DNA of 61,128 nt, counting the filler, from Asterionella formosa (taxonomy: Eukaryota), in the NCBI GenBank assembly GCA_002256025.1. It is 15 parts of 15 records of this genome, joined end to end, with 100 filler letters (N's around TTAATTAATTAA, not from the genome) between each part and the next. Parts side by side here need not be neighbours in the genome. Positions count along the whole stretch, not along the records: positions 24,567 to 28,549 come from NKIB01013783.1; positions 28,650 to 32,617 come from NKIB01013784.1; positions 32,718 to 36,694 come from NKIB01013785.1; positions 36,795 to 40,770 come from NKIB01013786.1; 11 more parts are not named here. One strand, written 5' to 3'. Position numbers and translations under genes: made by a program. Every line of letters starts with the position of its first letter. Within the stretch, counting starts at the first letter, position 1. This document shows, piece by piece, positions 25,836 through 37,038 of the stretch. Under the pieces are notes generated by a model. The model did not search any database. It had not been told where the DNA came from and saw only the letters and a list, made by a program, of their open reading frames with translations.

Positions 25836-28549
25836 TCAACGTTCGCTTGTTAGTTTTTGGTCCCACCCGATTGATTTCCATGAATGACGTGGAGGCATGG
25901 CAACATAAAAATTATCTTTCCGTATCTGTTCCAAAACTTCTCGCGGTATCAGGGATTTCCTTGATTCCTGTGGTTTCAAAGCAGATGAACCAATTGAGAC
26001 AAGGGTGCATCCTTACTCCGTGATACATGCCCAATCTTATTAGGGACACCTGCTATAGTCCATAGACCATTTGATGATAAAGCAGAGAATTGAACTTTAA
26101 CAGGAAGGGATGGTGAATGGATCTTGGTAGGCGATATTCCCGAATTATCAGGCGACGTACCAGGCAACATCCTTGTATCCGGAATCATTCCCTCGAAATC
26201 AATTTCTGTTGAAATACCCTCAGTTACATTCATATGTACTACTTTACTCCTCTTCTTTTGTTTGTTTTCTGTATGTAATGTATCACTTGCAAAAACAAAT
26301 TTTCGTGCCAAGGAAAACTGCCTTGTTTCATGTGACCTTGTTAAAATGTCATGCTTTAATCTATGTAATTGTCCATTGACACGCTTACTGGGTCGTTTCA
26401 ATTTGTCTTTCAAAAAAGACTCCAAATATCCACCAAAAAAATTAAGAGGAGATCCGAACTTCCTAATCAGATGAAGGTAATCTTTCATTCCATGAAATTT
26501 TGCCATTCGTAAGCCAATTTGAGATATCATTTCCCGTTGGGGACCAATCATAATCTTAGTAACTGACATAAATCTCTTCACCTTTTCCTCTAAAATATCA
26601 ATACATGTTGATGTATACAGCGGTATGAATAAAGTGTCATTGATAGATATACATAACCATAACAGCAATGTGAAATCCTTTTCTAGGTGCATGTTCTCTG
26701 AACAACCCCTCATTCCACCCATTGAAAAAATAGTTAACCGACATAATCCGGGAATTTCTTGCCTTGCCCTGACATTTTTGACAAAACTGTCATCCCAGAT
26801 CTGTAAAACAATTTTGGAATATCACGATCGCTTTGCCTTTCCAAATGACTATTGATATATCTAGCAGCCACTTTGTTCGAAGTATAGTATAGTTTCGAAA
26901 ATACATTTCTGGTGCTGGTACAAATGTTGGGTCTTGATTTTTGCCAGTGTAGATATTTTTGGTAACTGGTGCGTGTGTCCTTTTTGGTCTTTGCCCGTTT
27001 CTTCGGTTGCTGTTGATCAAGAAAAGCAGTGTATGTTGTTTCAGTGATACGTTTCTGATCAGAGATGTTCTCTGGAATATCTGGAGATTTTCTTTCTTTA
27101 AAAAAACATGTCCATTCTTCAGGGATAGTCCGATAATTGTACAATGATTCCAAAATGTACTTGAATATTCCAAGTAGTAATTGATGAAGAACCTCAAATG
27201 GAGTTGCACCAAATAATCCTTTTAAGTCACCACCAAAATAATGATTTATTAGTGCAGGCATAATAGGATTATGCGATACTATAACACGACGGCACCACTC
27301 GTTTGCTGTTGTGTAGGTCTCCTATTTGCCATTAGATTGGGAGACACAATACTCAGGTGGGATACATGGTAATTTTTCATGAGGAAATGCATTTTTGTCA
27401 AGAAATTTGTTTTAAAAGTTTTTAACATCTGACACTTTACGACGTTCACATCCAATATCGGGATTATCAGCATCTTCAGTTGAAACCAGGCAATCACGAC
27501 AAACATATCGTCGATATAATCCATTGCCACCCCTGAAACCACAAATTTTGTTGTGCTCTTCTGTATCACCAATGATCATTCCAATCTGGTAATAAAATTT
27601 TGTCATACAAAGACCATGAACCCAAATATCGTATGACTTGTTTGGATCTTCGAAAGGCGACAATAGAAATCCTGTAACAGAATGGCATAATTTGAGTCTA
27701 CATAAGGACAAGTCGTCACCAGATAACTTATTATTCATTTGTTTCTCTAGATCACTGACTTCAATGTCTGGCAAAAGAGATACCAATTGCCATCCATCAA
27801 CCTTTTTCCTTCCTTCTAACGTTAAGTTTAACATTGTCAACCAAAACGGATGCTCGGAATGTTTCATTTGTTTATCAATAGGTGAACCATCACTGAAAAC
27901 TGCTAGGGCAACAAATAAACACCCTGTCTTGCCTTCAACACTCCATTTTCTGAAGCAGGAGAATTGTTGAATGCATTTTCAAACCAAGTCGCGGAAGTTA
28001 CGTTGTCATGTATGCGTTCTCCACAAGTTGTAAGTTTCACTTGTGGGTGACATACAAAATGTTGCATGATATCGGAATCACTTATCAATCCTGACATGAG
28101 CTGTACTGGTTCGAAATAATGGAGTGTGCGTGGGATGATCATGTTTGAATTGTTATCAATCTGTAGTTGTTTGGTCAACAGTTGACCACCAGCTAATGTT
28201 GGTGGAAATGAAATATCCATGCGTTTTTTTCAAAATATTTCATTGCTTTGGCCTTGAACAGCCATTTCATTAGATGATCAAAGTAAACTGGTGGAAGTTA
28301 ATTCTCGTTAAGTAATAACATGAGTTCTAATTCGATTGGATGCGCGCATGTATAGAGCATGTTTACTTGGAAGTTGAAATTGAGGAGGAAGGGGCATTTC
28401 CATTGTATTTTCAGGGAGAAAGCCGGTGTGATCTTGGAAATCTGAATATTGCACCTTGGTTTCTGAATTCAATCCTTGTAGAGTTTTTAGTCTCAATTGC
28501 TGTTTGTCTTGTTGAGACTGAATATTGTTATAAACTGAATCGTCGCTGT
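25836..28549 (-). mobile_element. Plavaka-like (CACTA/EnSpm-related) DNA transposase pseudogene
   Basis: Ordered motifs across frameshifted ORFs: DNVTSATWF; FSDGSPIDKQMKHSEHPFWLTMLNL..EGRKKVDGWQLVSLLPD; IIGDTEEHNKICG; CRDC; TPFEVLHQLLLGIFKY; KFHGMKDYLHLIRKFGSPLNFFGGYLESFLKDKLKRPSKR. These match the Plavaka-type pattern (D.T..yP.ylt.gN..R..w.l.gylP; D.LH...G.fk; KlH...I..fG.....E.....K). Confidence 0.75.
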
Positions 28550-28650
28550 NNNNNNNNNNNNNNNNNNNNNNNNNNNNNNNNNNNNNNNNNNNNTTAATTA
28601 ATTAANNNNNNNNNNNNNNNNNNNNNNNNNNNNNNNNNNNNNNNNNNNNT

Positions 28651-29037
28651 GTCCGAAATATCGAACGGTTTGGCAGTCCGCAAGTTTTCAATGGGGGACC
28701 AATGGAAAAGAATTTAAAATTCCTTTGCAAGTTACCAGCTAAAACATCTCAAAAACGACATCACCTAATGGACCTTGAATCTGAACAACGAATTATCGAA
28801 AACATTGCCATAGGTGTTGCATGTCGGGAATTTTTGGGAAGAGATCCTTTTGAACATGACAATACAGATTTGCTCGCCGATGATGGTACTACTAATGAAA
28901 CACCAAGCACTGGGACTGACAGTATAAGCACATCTACAGGTGCTGGACGCTTTATCTTAAAGTTACAGGAAAATAATGGTGGATTTGCTATTGCCTCTGT
29001 CACTCGTCTGCAAATAAATACTATCATATGTCCATGA
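28651..29037 (+). mobile_element. Fragment of a second, divergent Plavaka-like transposase
   Basis: VRNIERFGSPQVFNGGPMEKNLKFLCKLPAKTSQKR aligns with IRKFGSPLNFFGGYLESFLKDKLKRPSKR on contig 7. Confidence 0.65.
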
Positions 29038-29549
29038 TGCATCATAGGATTGTGATCATCTGATCATAATTTTTCGTTATATCATCTAATAATTTTGATA
29101 AATGCCTTTGAAATTTAAATAGTAACCATTTTGACTACATATATTTAATTATTACATGTATTGTTTCTATTTGATTCCTGTATTCGAATTTCTTGGTAGG
29201 ATAATGTACCATTTCAAGTAATGTAATTTGGCTTGTGATTTCCATCCGTCATCACTCCAATTTTTGCAACAACAACGAAATACTAGCAATGACAAGCGGA
29301 ATGAATGTTTGCGATAACGTCTTCAATTTGTTGGTCAAGTGATCTTTATATCTTCGAGTAATCGTCATGTGCAGTGAACCTTTGTTCATAATCATTCAAT
29401 TAAGAGTTTACAGGAGAGAAGAAATCATTCGAACTCGTAATGTTTCCGCACACAGCGCACAAAGTATATCCGTTTCGTCGACTTCAACATGACAATTTCG
29501 CCAATCAACCCGAAAACAAACACATTCTACTTGTTCTTGTTGACATTTT

Positions 29550-29870
29550 CAATTCTCACATGATACTACATCTACTATTTCGATTCAGCATTGAAGGAGA
29601 TACGAAAATGTGCGTAACAGACTACTGTCCACATAGCTATAGTTATAGAATGATTCTGATTAGAACGCATTTCATTTTCATATCGCTCTCTCGTTTCTGC
29701 ATTTGGCATACTTCAATTCTCACATGATACTACATCTACTATTGAGATTCAGCATAGAAGGAGATACAAAAATGTTCATAACAGACTACTGTCTACATAG
29801 CTATAGTTATAGAATGATTCTGATTAGAATGCATTTCATTTTCATATCGCTCGCTCGTTTCTGCATTTGG
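29550..29870 (+). repeat. Tandem duplication of about 164 bp
   Basis: caattctcacatgatactacatctact...tttctgcatttgg occurs twice. Confidence 0.9.
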
Positions 29871-30947
29871 TATACTGTACTTGAATTAACTATTGAACTT
29901 GTCCGCATCTTTGATACCATCAAGAGAGCGAAAGCAAGTGGCTCTTTTCATTGTTGTTTGCTCGTAGGAAAAATTTGATATCTGTATCGTCATTTGCTTG
30001 TTGGAATGGTCCGTTGCCTCAAACTTGCTTGGCGTGTGCGTGCACACACTGTCGACTTGTTTTCAATGGTATGTTGTTCTTGTATTCACTGTTGAACTTG
30101 TCCGCATCTTTGTTACCATCAGTAGAGCGACAAGTGGGTCTCTTCATTGTTGTTTGCTCCTGGAAAAGTCGGTGTCCGTGTCATCCTCATCAATAGAGAG
30201 ACAAATTTTTTCGTTGGAAAAATTGGTACCGTATCATCATTCGCTCGTTCGAACCACTGTCTGTTGCCTCAAACCTGATTAGCGTTTGAGTATCGGTATG
30301 TGCACTGTCGACTTTAGTACATTACAGGCGGAGTGACTTCGCTACTAAATTGCGTGATATAATAATATACCCTGTAGCACGATGCAGAATACAGTTGCTT
30401 CCCAATCATCTCATCATGATTGATAAGATGATACTGTGATATCATGATAAGGTTACATCGATGCATACATCACCAAAGTATGATACGTAATATTGAATAA
30501 AGTACATCACATAGCTATGATACATTGATCATAAAATTATGATGATTTTATGAAATGTATATGATATAATTTTGATCAAAATATGATCATGTAAAATTAG
30601 TACAATGACAATAAAATACGATAAATATGTATGCAAGTGTTACCAAGACATCATAGAATATAAATCAAGCAATCATAAAGTATGTTAATTAATATATATG
30701 TCTGTCGTTTAATGTATACAGTTAAAGTCAACCTTAAATTTGATAGTATTATACAGTGGATAGGATCTAAGTATACGGATGCGTTGATATGTACATCACT
30801 ATAATATGATTTGTGATATGGATTGATGCATATCACATACCGGTATCCTCAACAACTAGCCATCACGTTCATTGTTGTGTCGTCTTTCCTTGTTTTAGCT
30901 ACATATGTGCCAGCATGTGTATTGTGTAAACACTACGCTGGCTGATC

Positions 30948-32617
30948 ATGCATATTACACTGTGCTCTGTTCAACAATTACTACACTCGGTTCCCATCAC
31001 ACCAGTTCCACCTCCACAGGCGCCGCAATAAGCTCCGCGAAAAGCTCCGCATTTACCTTCCACTGTTTTACATCATAGTCTTCTGGCCCTTCGACAACTT
31101 TCCAAATGGCATTTCATGGATTTCATGGAAAGGATCAGTCAAACAAGAAACGAGACTTACTTCCATTGTTTACACTACACGACTTTATGTTTTCTGAAAA
31201 GAAGATGAAGAAAGTTACAAAATCAATCGAAGATTCCTTTGAATGCAATCAAAGATCAAATGAATTTGAACAGATTGATAATACTTCAGAAAAAATAATG
31301 AAGTAATTATGCCGATACAAAAGTGGCTGAGATTGAAAAGAAGGAAAGATTGCTTTCGAAGAGCCAAGGAAACCCAAACGGTTGTTTGGTCTTTGCGGAT
31401 GAAGACTCTATTCGTACAGAGTCACAGTTCCAACATCCAGTGTCGTATTTTACTCCTCATTCTCCCGAAATCGCTGATAATGAAGAAGAAATCAGTGATT
31501 CTCATTCATTTGATGAACAAATTCATGCGATGAAAGAAAATATCGGCGGAAATGTGGCAGACAACACTTCAGAAGTAGAAATGGTTGAAAAGTTGCAAAA
31601 CCAAGAAACATATCTCACTATCTGTCCAGAACATCAACATGAACATCATAAAAGCAAAGAAACTATTGCATTTCTAAAAGAAAAGATATTCGAGAAAAAG
31701 TCTGAGCTAGATCAAGACCTCGAATTCAAGAAGATCAATGCAGACAGAGATGTGATGACCATGCTGGCTAAGGCAGTTGATGCTCTGAATAGGGAACGAA
31801 GTCAGAAACACAAAATTGAATCTTTTTCCAAATCATACATGGAAGAAAAAGAATTTCTTTGTAAAATCATTGAAAACAATCCCGGAGGCAGCTACTTTTG
31901 TGAAGAGTCGGCATGTCAAATGTGTAGAGTTATTATGCCAAAGCAAACGGCATTTTCCTTGAGTTTGCCGAAATCGCATGGACAACGAAAATTGTGGAAA
32001 GATTTGTACACTCGTACCCGGCAAGATATATGCAATTACGCCTCTGTATTTTATGGAGTCAAAGGTATCAAAAAATCATCTTCAGATTTTAATGATCTTG
32101 CATATTGGGACCTTGAAACAATTACCTCTATGATCCATTATATAATTCATGAACTTCATCCAAGTGATGTAAAGGTTAGCTATATTTGATCTTGATGAGA
32201 ACCCAGAAAAGGTTAATAACAATCCATATATATACCAAGGTGATTGTCATCCACTTCATCACGAAAGTAACTATGTGCTAATTGTGTATTGCAAAAGATC
32301 AGATGAGGAGGAAAACAATCATTTTGTGCATTATCTTTTTGCTATAAATGATGGATTATGTCAAGTCCGTGATCCAGGAAAAGATGCGAGTTTGGATGAA
32401 CATTATGATCAAGTATTTCACCTTGCCCGTAAGAACTGCATCATCCCCGGATGCTGAATAGGATTGGCATTGTTATGCACCGATACAGGATTCCACAAGA
32501 ATTCCATATACCTGAAGAAATTGGCTGGGTTCTCGGAATCTTTCTATACTGGCACCAAAGCACCATTGCAGATCAGTATGGCCACTGAATATGCATGATT
32601 CCATGTTATTTCAACCA
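30948..32617 (+). pseudogene. Third copy of the Ulp1-like gene (5' and central part, disrupted)
   Basis: Includes ORFs 31323-32189 and 32275-32457. Homologous to about 17495-19255 in reverse. Confidence 0.8.
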
Positions 32618-32883
32618 NNNNNNNNNNNNNNNNNNNNNNNNNNNNNNNNNNNNNNNNNNNNTTAATTAATTAANNNNNNNNNNNNNNNNNNNNNNNNNNN
32701 NNNNNNNNNNNNNNNNNGCTCTGCTAGTAACTATTAAAGGTGTTTTTGTGTTGATAATTTGATTTGCTGCCTTGTTGTGATCGCATTGATACGCATCGTG
32801 CACCTGTATCATATACCGGTATATGATTCATTGACTGTATTAGTCTATCAGTACTCCTGTACGCTGTGAAACCCCTTTCCACC

Positions 32884-35022
32884 ATGGTCTGGCCCTTTAG
32901 TACAAGTGCAAGAAGCAGTAATAACAAGTCAGTCATCACCGACGACAATGATCACGTGGAATATGAATATGAAACAGACTCACAGGGATCAGTTGAAATT
33001 GAAGAGTACGTGGAGGACGATGATGACAATGACAACGACGACGACGATGACGATGTGGAATACGAGATTGGAGGAGATCTCGAGGTCTCGTATGCAACAT
33101 CAGACGAAGAAGACGAGGCATCGATCGATGACAAGCAGGACCTTGATGCAACGCTTCCACCGGTAGAACGATCCAGTCACAGCAGCGGCAGCATCAGCAC
33201 GTCTGATGCCAATGGCCAGGGACACGCCGTGCCAGCAGTCTTGCTTTCCTTTGACGATTCTGCTCAGCACAATGGCAATAACAATAGCAAAGCAAAAGAT
33301 AACGGAGACGAAGCAATGAGCAAGCAACCAGCATCAGAAGCGCCCAAAGTAGAACCTGAAGCTACCAGTAGACGAACTACTACTGCTACTACTACTACGC
33401 AGTCACAGGGAGAACTCGGACCTTTGGATAGTGCTGTCTCTACTATCACCACTACTGCTGATACCGAAGCGCCAACACCACCCATCGCCACAGAGGAAAC
33501 GTCGTCCGAAGAAACTACCCTCCAGGAAAAACAATCGCTGCTGGCCCTCGCCGCAGAGCACGACCGCGTTGATATTCTCAAAGGCATTCTTTCGGAACAC
33601 AACGACCGCGAAACACTCCTGCATACAGGGATTCCACCCTTGCACGTGGCTATATCCTTTGGGAGCACGAATGCCACTAGTTGCTTACTACGCATGGGGG
33701 CAAACCCAAGCATCAGACCAAATATCCAAGAACTGGGTTTGGACAAGGCTTGGTCCAAGTTCGACGGAGTAACTGCTTGGGAATTGGCCTTTGGAAGAGA
33801 ATCAAACACCAAACAGCACGTCACAAGCAGCTGGTTTGGGACAGCGGCGGCTGGCACATTCAAACCACTCGACATGGCACCATCCAAACGAGAGGGAATC
33901 AGGCACGCATTCACGGCGGAGGCACTGAGATCTATTGGGGCAGATGAACAAGATCGCCTTGAGCAATTGTTAGACAGTGGCATGCCAGCCGATATTGACA
34001 TTGGGGGTAGAACTCTGCATGGCTGGTGTATTGAAATGGGAGCAACAAATTGTCAACGACTTATCGGAGGTGAAGAACAACAAGTTCCAGAACCTTTGAC
34101 TCCTACCAAACGACAACTGTCCTTCCATGGAGACGACGATGACGTGACTAGACTTACGAATCGATTGGAAGAAGTCGAATCCTTGGCGTCGGCACTTTCC
34201 ATTTGTTTGGATAATATTGCAGAAGAAGTTTCCGTATGCCATGGGTTGCTATTACTTGGTGGAGGCGGGTCTGCATTGGCATCTCATGTACGATCGCTCA
34301 AGGAGCTTTTGAAAAAACGTCATGAGGAGTTGCTTAGCTACGACGAAAAATGTCGTCGTGCTGAGGACGATGTGGAAATTCTCGCAGAAAAATGTGGTGC
34401 CGATCATTCGCTTTTTTCCACAACTCAACTTTTTGTTCCTCAGAATAGTCGACGATTCCCAACCGATCCCGTTCAATTGCAAGCACAGATAGGGGCGAGT
34501 GAAAACAAAGTGTTTAAGCTGCGAGCGAGCATTGCTGACATGTCAGAAGAAAATGCCACAGCAATCAAGGAAGTGGAAAAGAAGGGACTCTTGGGAGGCC
34601 TCAAATTGGTTAGGGGATTGAGAGAAGAATTGCGTGAAATTGAGTTTCAATTGTCGACAGCAAAGAGTGAAGAAGGTGTTTGTCGAGCCAAAATTCAGAT
34701 CTTGCAAGCCAAGTTGGATGCCAGCAAAACAAAATCTTTGGTCATGAAGGACGACGCAACGGTATCGCTAGACCTTGACACGACCAAGACTTCGCCTCTC
34801 ATGGAAGAAAACAGTTCGGAGCCCTCCGAGCCGGACCAGCCCAAGTCGAGTGCCATTGCAAACGGAAAATCTGAGGCACTCATGTTGCATCAAAAGACAG
34901 GGTATATGCCACTAAATATTTGGCTCATTCTACTTCGTATTATTGGATTGGGACGAGTGGCAGTCAGGGCTAATGTGGCGCAGTTAAAAGACACGGCTGC
35001 TTCTAATGTCATGATCATTTAG
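32884..35022 (+). CDS. Ankyrin-repeat and coiled-coil protein with an acidic N-terminus
   Basis: Intact ORF; first ATG at 32884 (MVWPFS). Ankyrin motifs LLALAAEHDRVDIL and PPLHVAISFGSTNATSCLLRMGANP. Long coiled-coil region and a hydrophobic C-terminal helix. Confidence 0.85.
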   Translation: MVWPFSTSARSSNNKSVITDDNDHVEYEYETDSQGSVEIEEYVEDDDDNDNDDDDDDVEYEIGGDLEVSYATSDEEDEASIDDKQDLDATLPPVERSSHSSGSISTSDANGQGHAVPAVLLSFDDSAQHNGNNNSKAKDNGDEAMSKQPASEAPKVEPEATSRRTTTATTTTQSQGELGPLDSAVSTITTTADTEAPTPPIATEETSSEETTLQEKQSLLALAAEHDRVDILKGILSEHNDRETLLHTGIPPLHVAISFGSTNATSCLLRMGANPSIRPNIQELGLDKAWSKFDGVTAWELAFGRESNTKQHVTSSWFGTAAAGTFKPLDMAPSKREGIRHAFTAEALRSIGADEQDRLEQLLDSGMPADIDIGGRTLHGWCIEMGATNCQRLIGGEEQQVPEPLTPTKRQLSFHGDDDDVTRLTNRLEEVESLASALSICLDNIAEEVSVCHGLLLLGGGGSALASHVRSLKELLKKRHEELLSYDEKCRRAEDDVEILAEKCGADHSLFSTTQLFVPQNSRRFPTDPVQLQAQIGASENKVFKLRASIADMSEENATAIKEVEKKGLLGGLKLVRGLREELREIEFQLSTAKSEEGVCRAKIQILQAKLDASKTKSLVMKDDATVSLDLDTTKTSPLMEENSSEPSEPDQPKSSAIANGKSEALMLHQKTGYMPLNIWLILLRIIGLGRVAVRANVAQLKDTAASNVMII

Positions 35023-35300
35023 CGACTAACATAGAGATACAAGAATCTAAAAAAGTTTTTGGATCGATTTTTTTCCTAGCTGCTTCTCTTGAACATGAAT
35101 ATTTATCTGTTCAAATAAAATTAGAAAAATTGCGCACTCAAAGTCAGTCGAGGGGTTTGATTATAAAATATATCTAAAAATAATGCATGTAGTTTCATTT
35201 CAACGTAATGGTGCATGTCGTTTGTTTATAAAGTAGCCTGAGAGTACTGTATTAACCTATGTGGGGGGGGGAGGGTTACGTTTCGATAGAATCGCGTGAT

Positions 35301-36307
35301 TTACACTGTCACAGACTCTTCCTCACTAGTCACTTCCTTTGGTTTGATACCACCCGTCACGAGCCGAATACCCACCAATCTCTGTTCGGCATCAATCTTG
35401 ACAATTTCCGCACCGACCCCTGGTCCAAAAAAGGTTTCATACTTTTTGACACGTCGTTCATCCGCCCACATTTTATATGGTGTATCCAACGATTGCCATA
35501 CCATCGTGAACACCAATTCCCCATCTTGCTCTTCTTCTCTCAATTCCTTCAGTTGAGGATACGCCTTCCCCGGAACTACCAACCCAAGCTTCTTGACAGT
35601 TGTGTCCAAATGTGCTTCATCGCCATATCGGTGACGCGTTACATCTTGCTTGATTTTCGTAATGGTTGGCGTAGCCTTGGCTTCGTATGCCTTTGTTCCT
35701 GCCGGAGTTGAGAAGCATGGTACAGGTTCAATTTCGGCATACTTGAGGGCTGCTCCTGCCAAAAAGACGGGAATGCCATAGACAAACCCTAGGCCCGATA
35801 CATTGAGGCCGTCACCCCCCGCCTCCCCTAGGTATTCAGTAAATGAAGCTACAGTAATGAGCACTCCAAGAGCGATGATGAGGTTACCGAGGGAAAAGCC
35901 ACGAATTTCAAAGGGAGGCTCACCCGCGTTGTTGACCCCAGCGCCTCCAATCATGGCGGACTTGGGAGCGGTCCAACCACCATCCTTTTATGTCAATGAG
36001 GAATGAGATCGGGTTGTGACAGTGTGAAAGTGTGTGTGTGTGAGAGAGAGAGGTATGAAGGAAAGCAAGTTGCTGTATTGCATCGCATAGCATGGCGTGG
36101 CATCGTATCAGCTGGCGCACTTACATCGTCATCAGACATGAACAAAGGAAGCGTTGATTCTGAAATTCGCATCGACGCTGGTGTCAGTTTTTGTGCCAAT
36201 GAAGTTGGACGAGAATGCGAAGTAGGAACAAACGCAGAACAAGAACTTGAACTAAACTGAGCCAACCAGGCCGCTGCAACCATGAAGTATCGGGCAATTT
36301 TCGTCAT
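35301..36307 (-). CDS. APE1: APE1 / DUF2854 thylakoid membrane protein with a bipartite plastid-targeting presequence; exons 36307-36125 and 35984-35301
   Basis: Signal peptide ending CSA|FVP. In-frame GT-AG intron at 36124-35985. Conserved GFVYGIP...GAALKYAEIEP, QDVTRHRYGDEAHLD and FFGPGV.AEI motifs. About 288 aa. Confidence 0.9.
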
Positions 36308-36794
36308 GATGTTGCTTGCGTGGAGATATAGGATTGTGAGCAAAGAGGAGGAGATTTGTTGGACTTCTGTTCGTATATATTGTATACCGGTAGTTGAGGC
36401 TGATGAGGTTCAATCTAAATTGTGTCGTCGAACAAAACACGTACATCAAATAGAATGACTCACAACATGTGATCATCAGACTACCGGTACGACCAGGTAA
36501 TACCAGGTAAAACGTATCATGAACCGGAATGGATTATGTATGATACCGGTACCGGTAGTAAGATCCATACACCAAATATATTTTCTATAGTAATCACGAA
36601 GTAACTTCGACACAATTACCGTCCCGTACACTTCGTCCTTCTCCATATGCAGTCTGTGTAGTAGCTTCGTATCGGGAGATACTTTGCTGGAATANNNNNN
36701 NNNNNNNNNNNNNNNNNNNNNNNNNNNNNNNNNNNNNNTTAATTAATTAANNNNNNNNNNNNNNNNNNNNNNNNNNNNNNNNNNNNNNNNNNNN

Positions 36795-37038
36795 TGAAGT
36801 ATTTCAAATATTTATGTGAAGTATTTCAAATAATTATGTGAAGGTGATCACGTAATATAGTGATGATCAGAAATGCATGCATGATACTCTGATCAAATAA
36901 TTAACGTGATGTATTCAGATAATTTATAGATATATTCAAGTAAGCATTTTGATGTATTCAACTAATTCATGTGATCCATTCAAAATCAACTAGGCTTATT
37001 TACGTGATGGTCACTTCACGTAATACGCGGCTTAGATG
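36795..37038 (+). repeat. End fragment of the Helitron-like element (see 58545-59501)
   Basis: Reverse complement of about 58545-58780. Ends at ...cgcggcttagatg. Confidence 0.85.
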
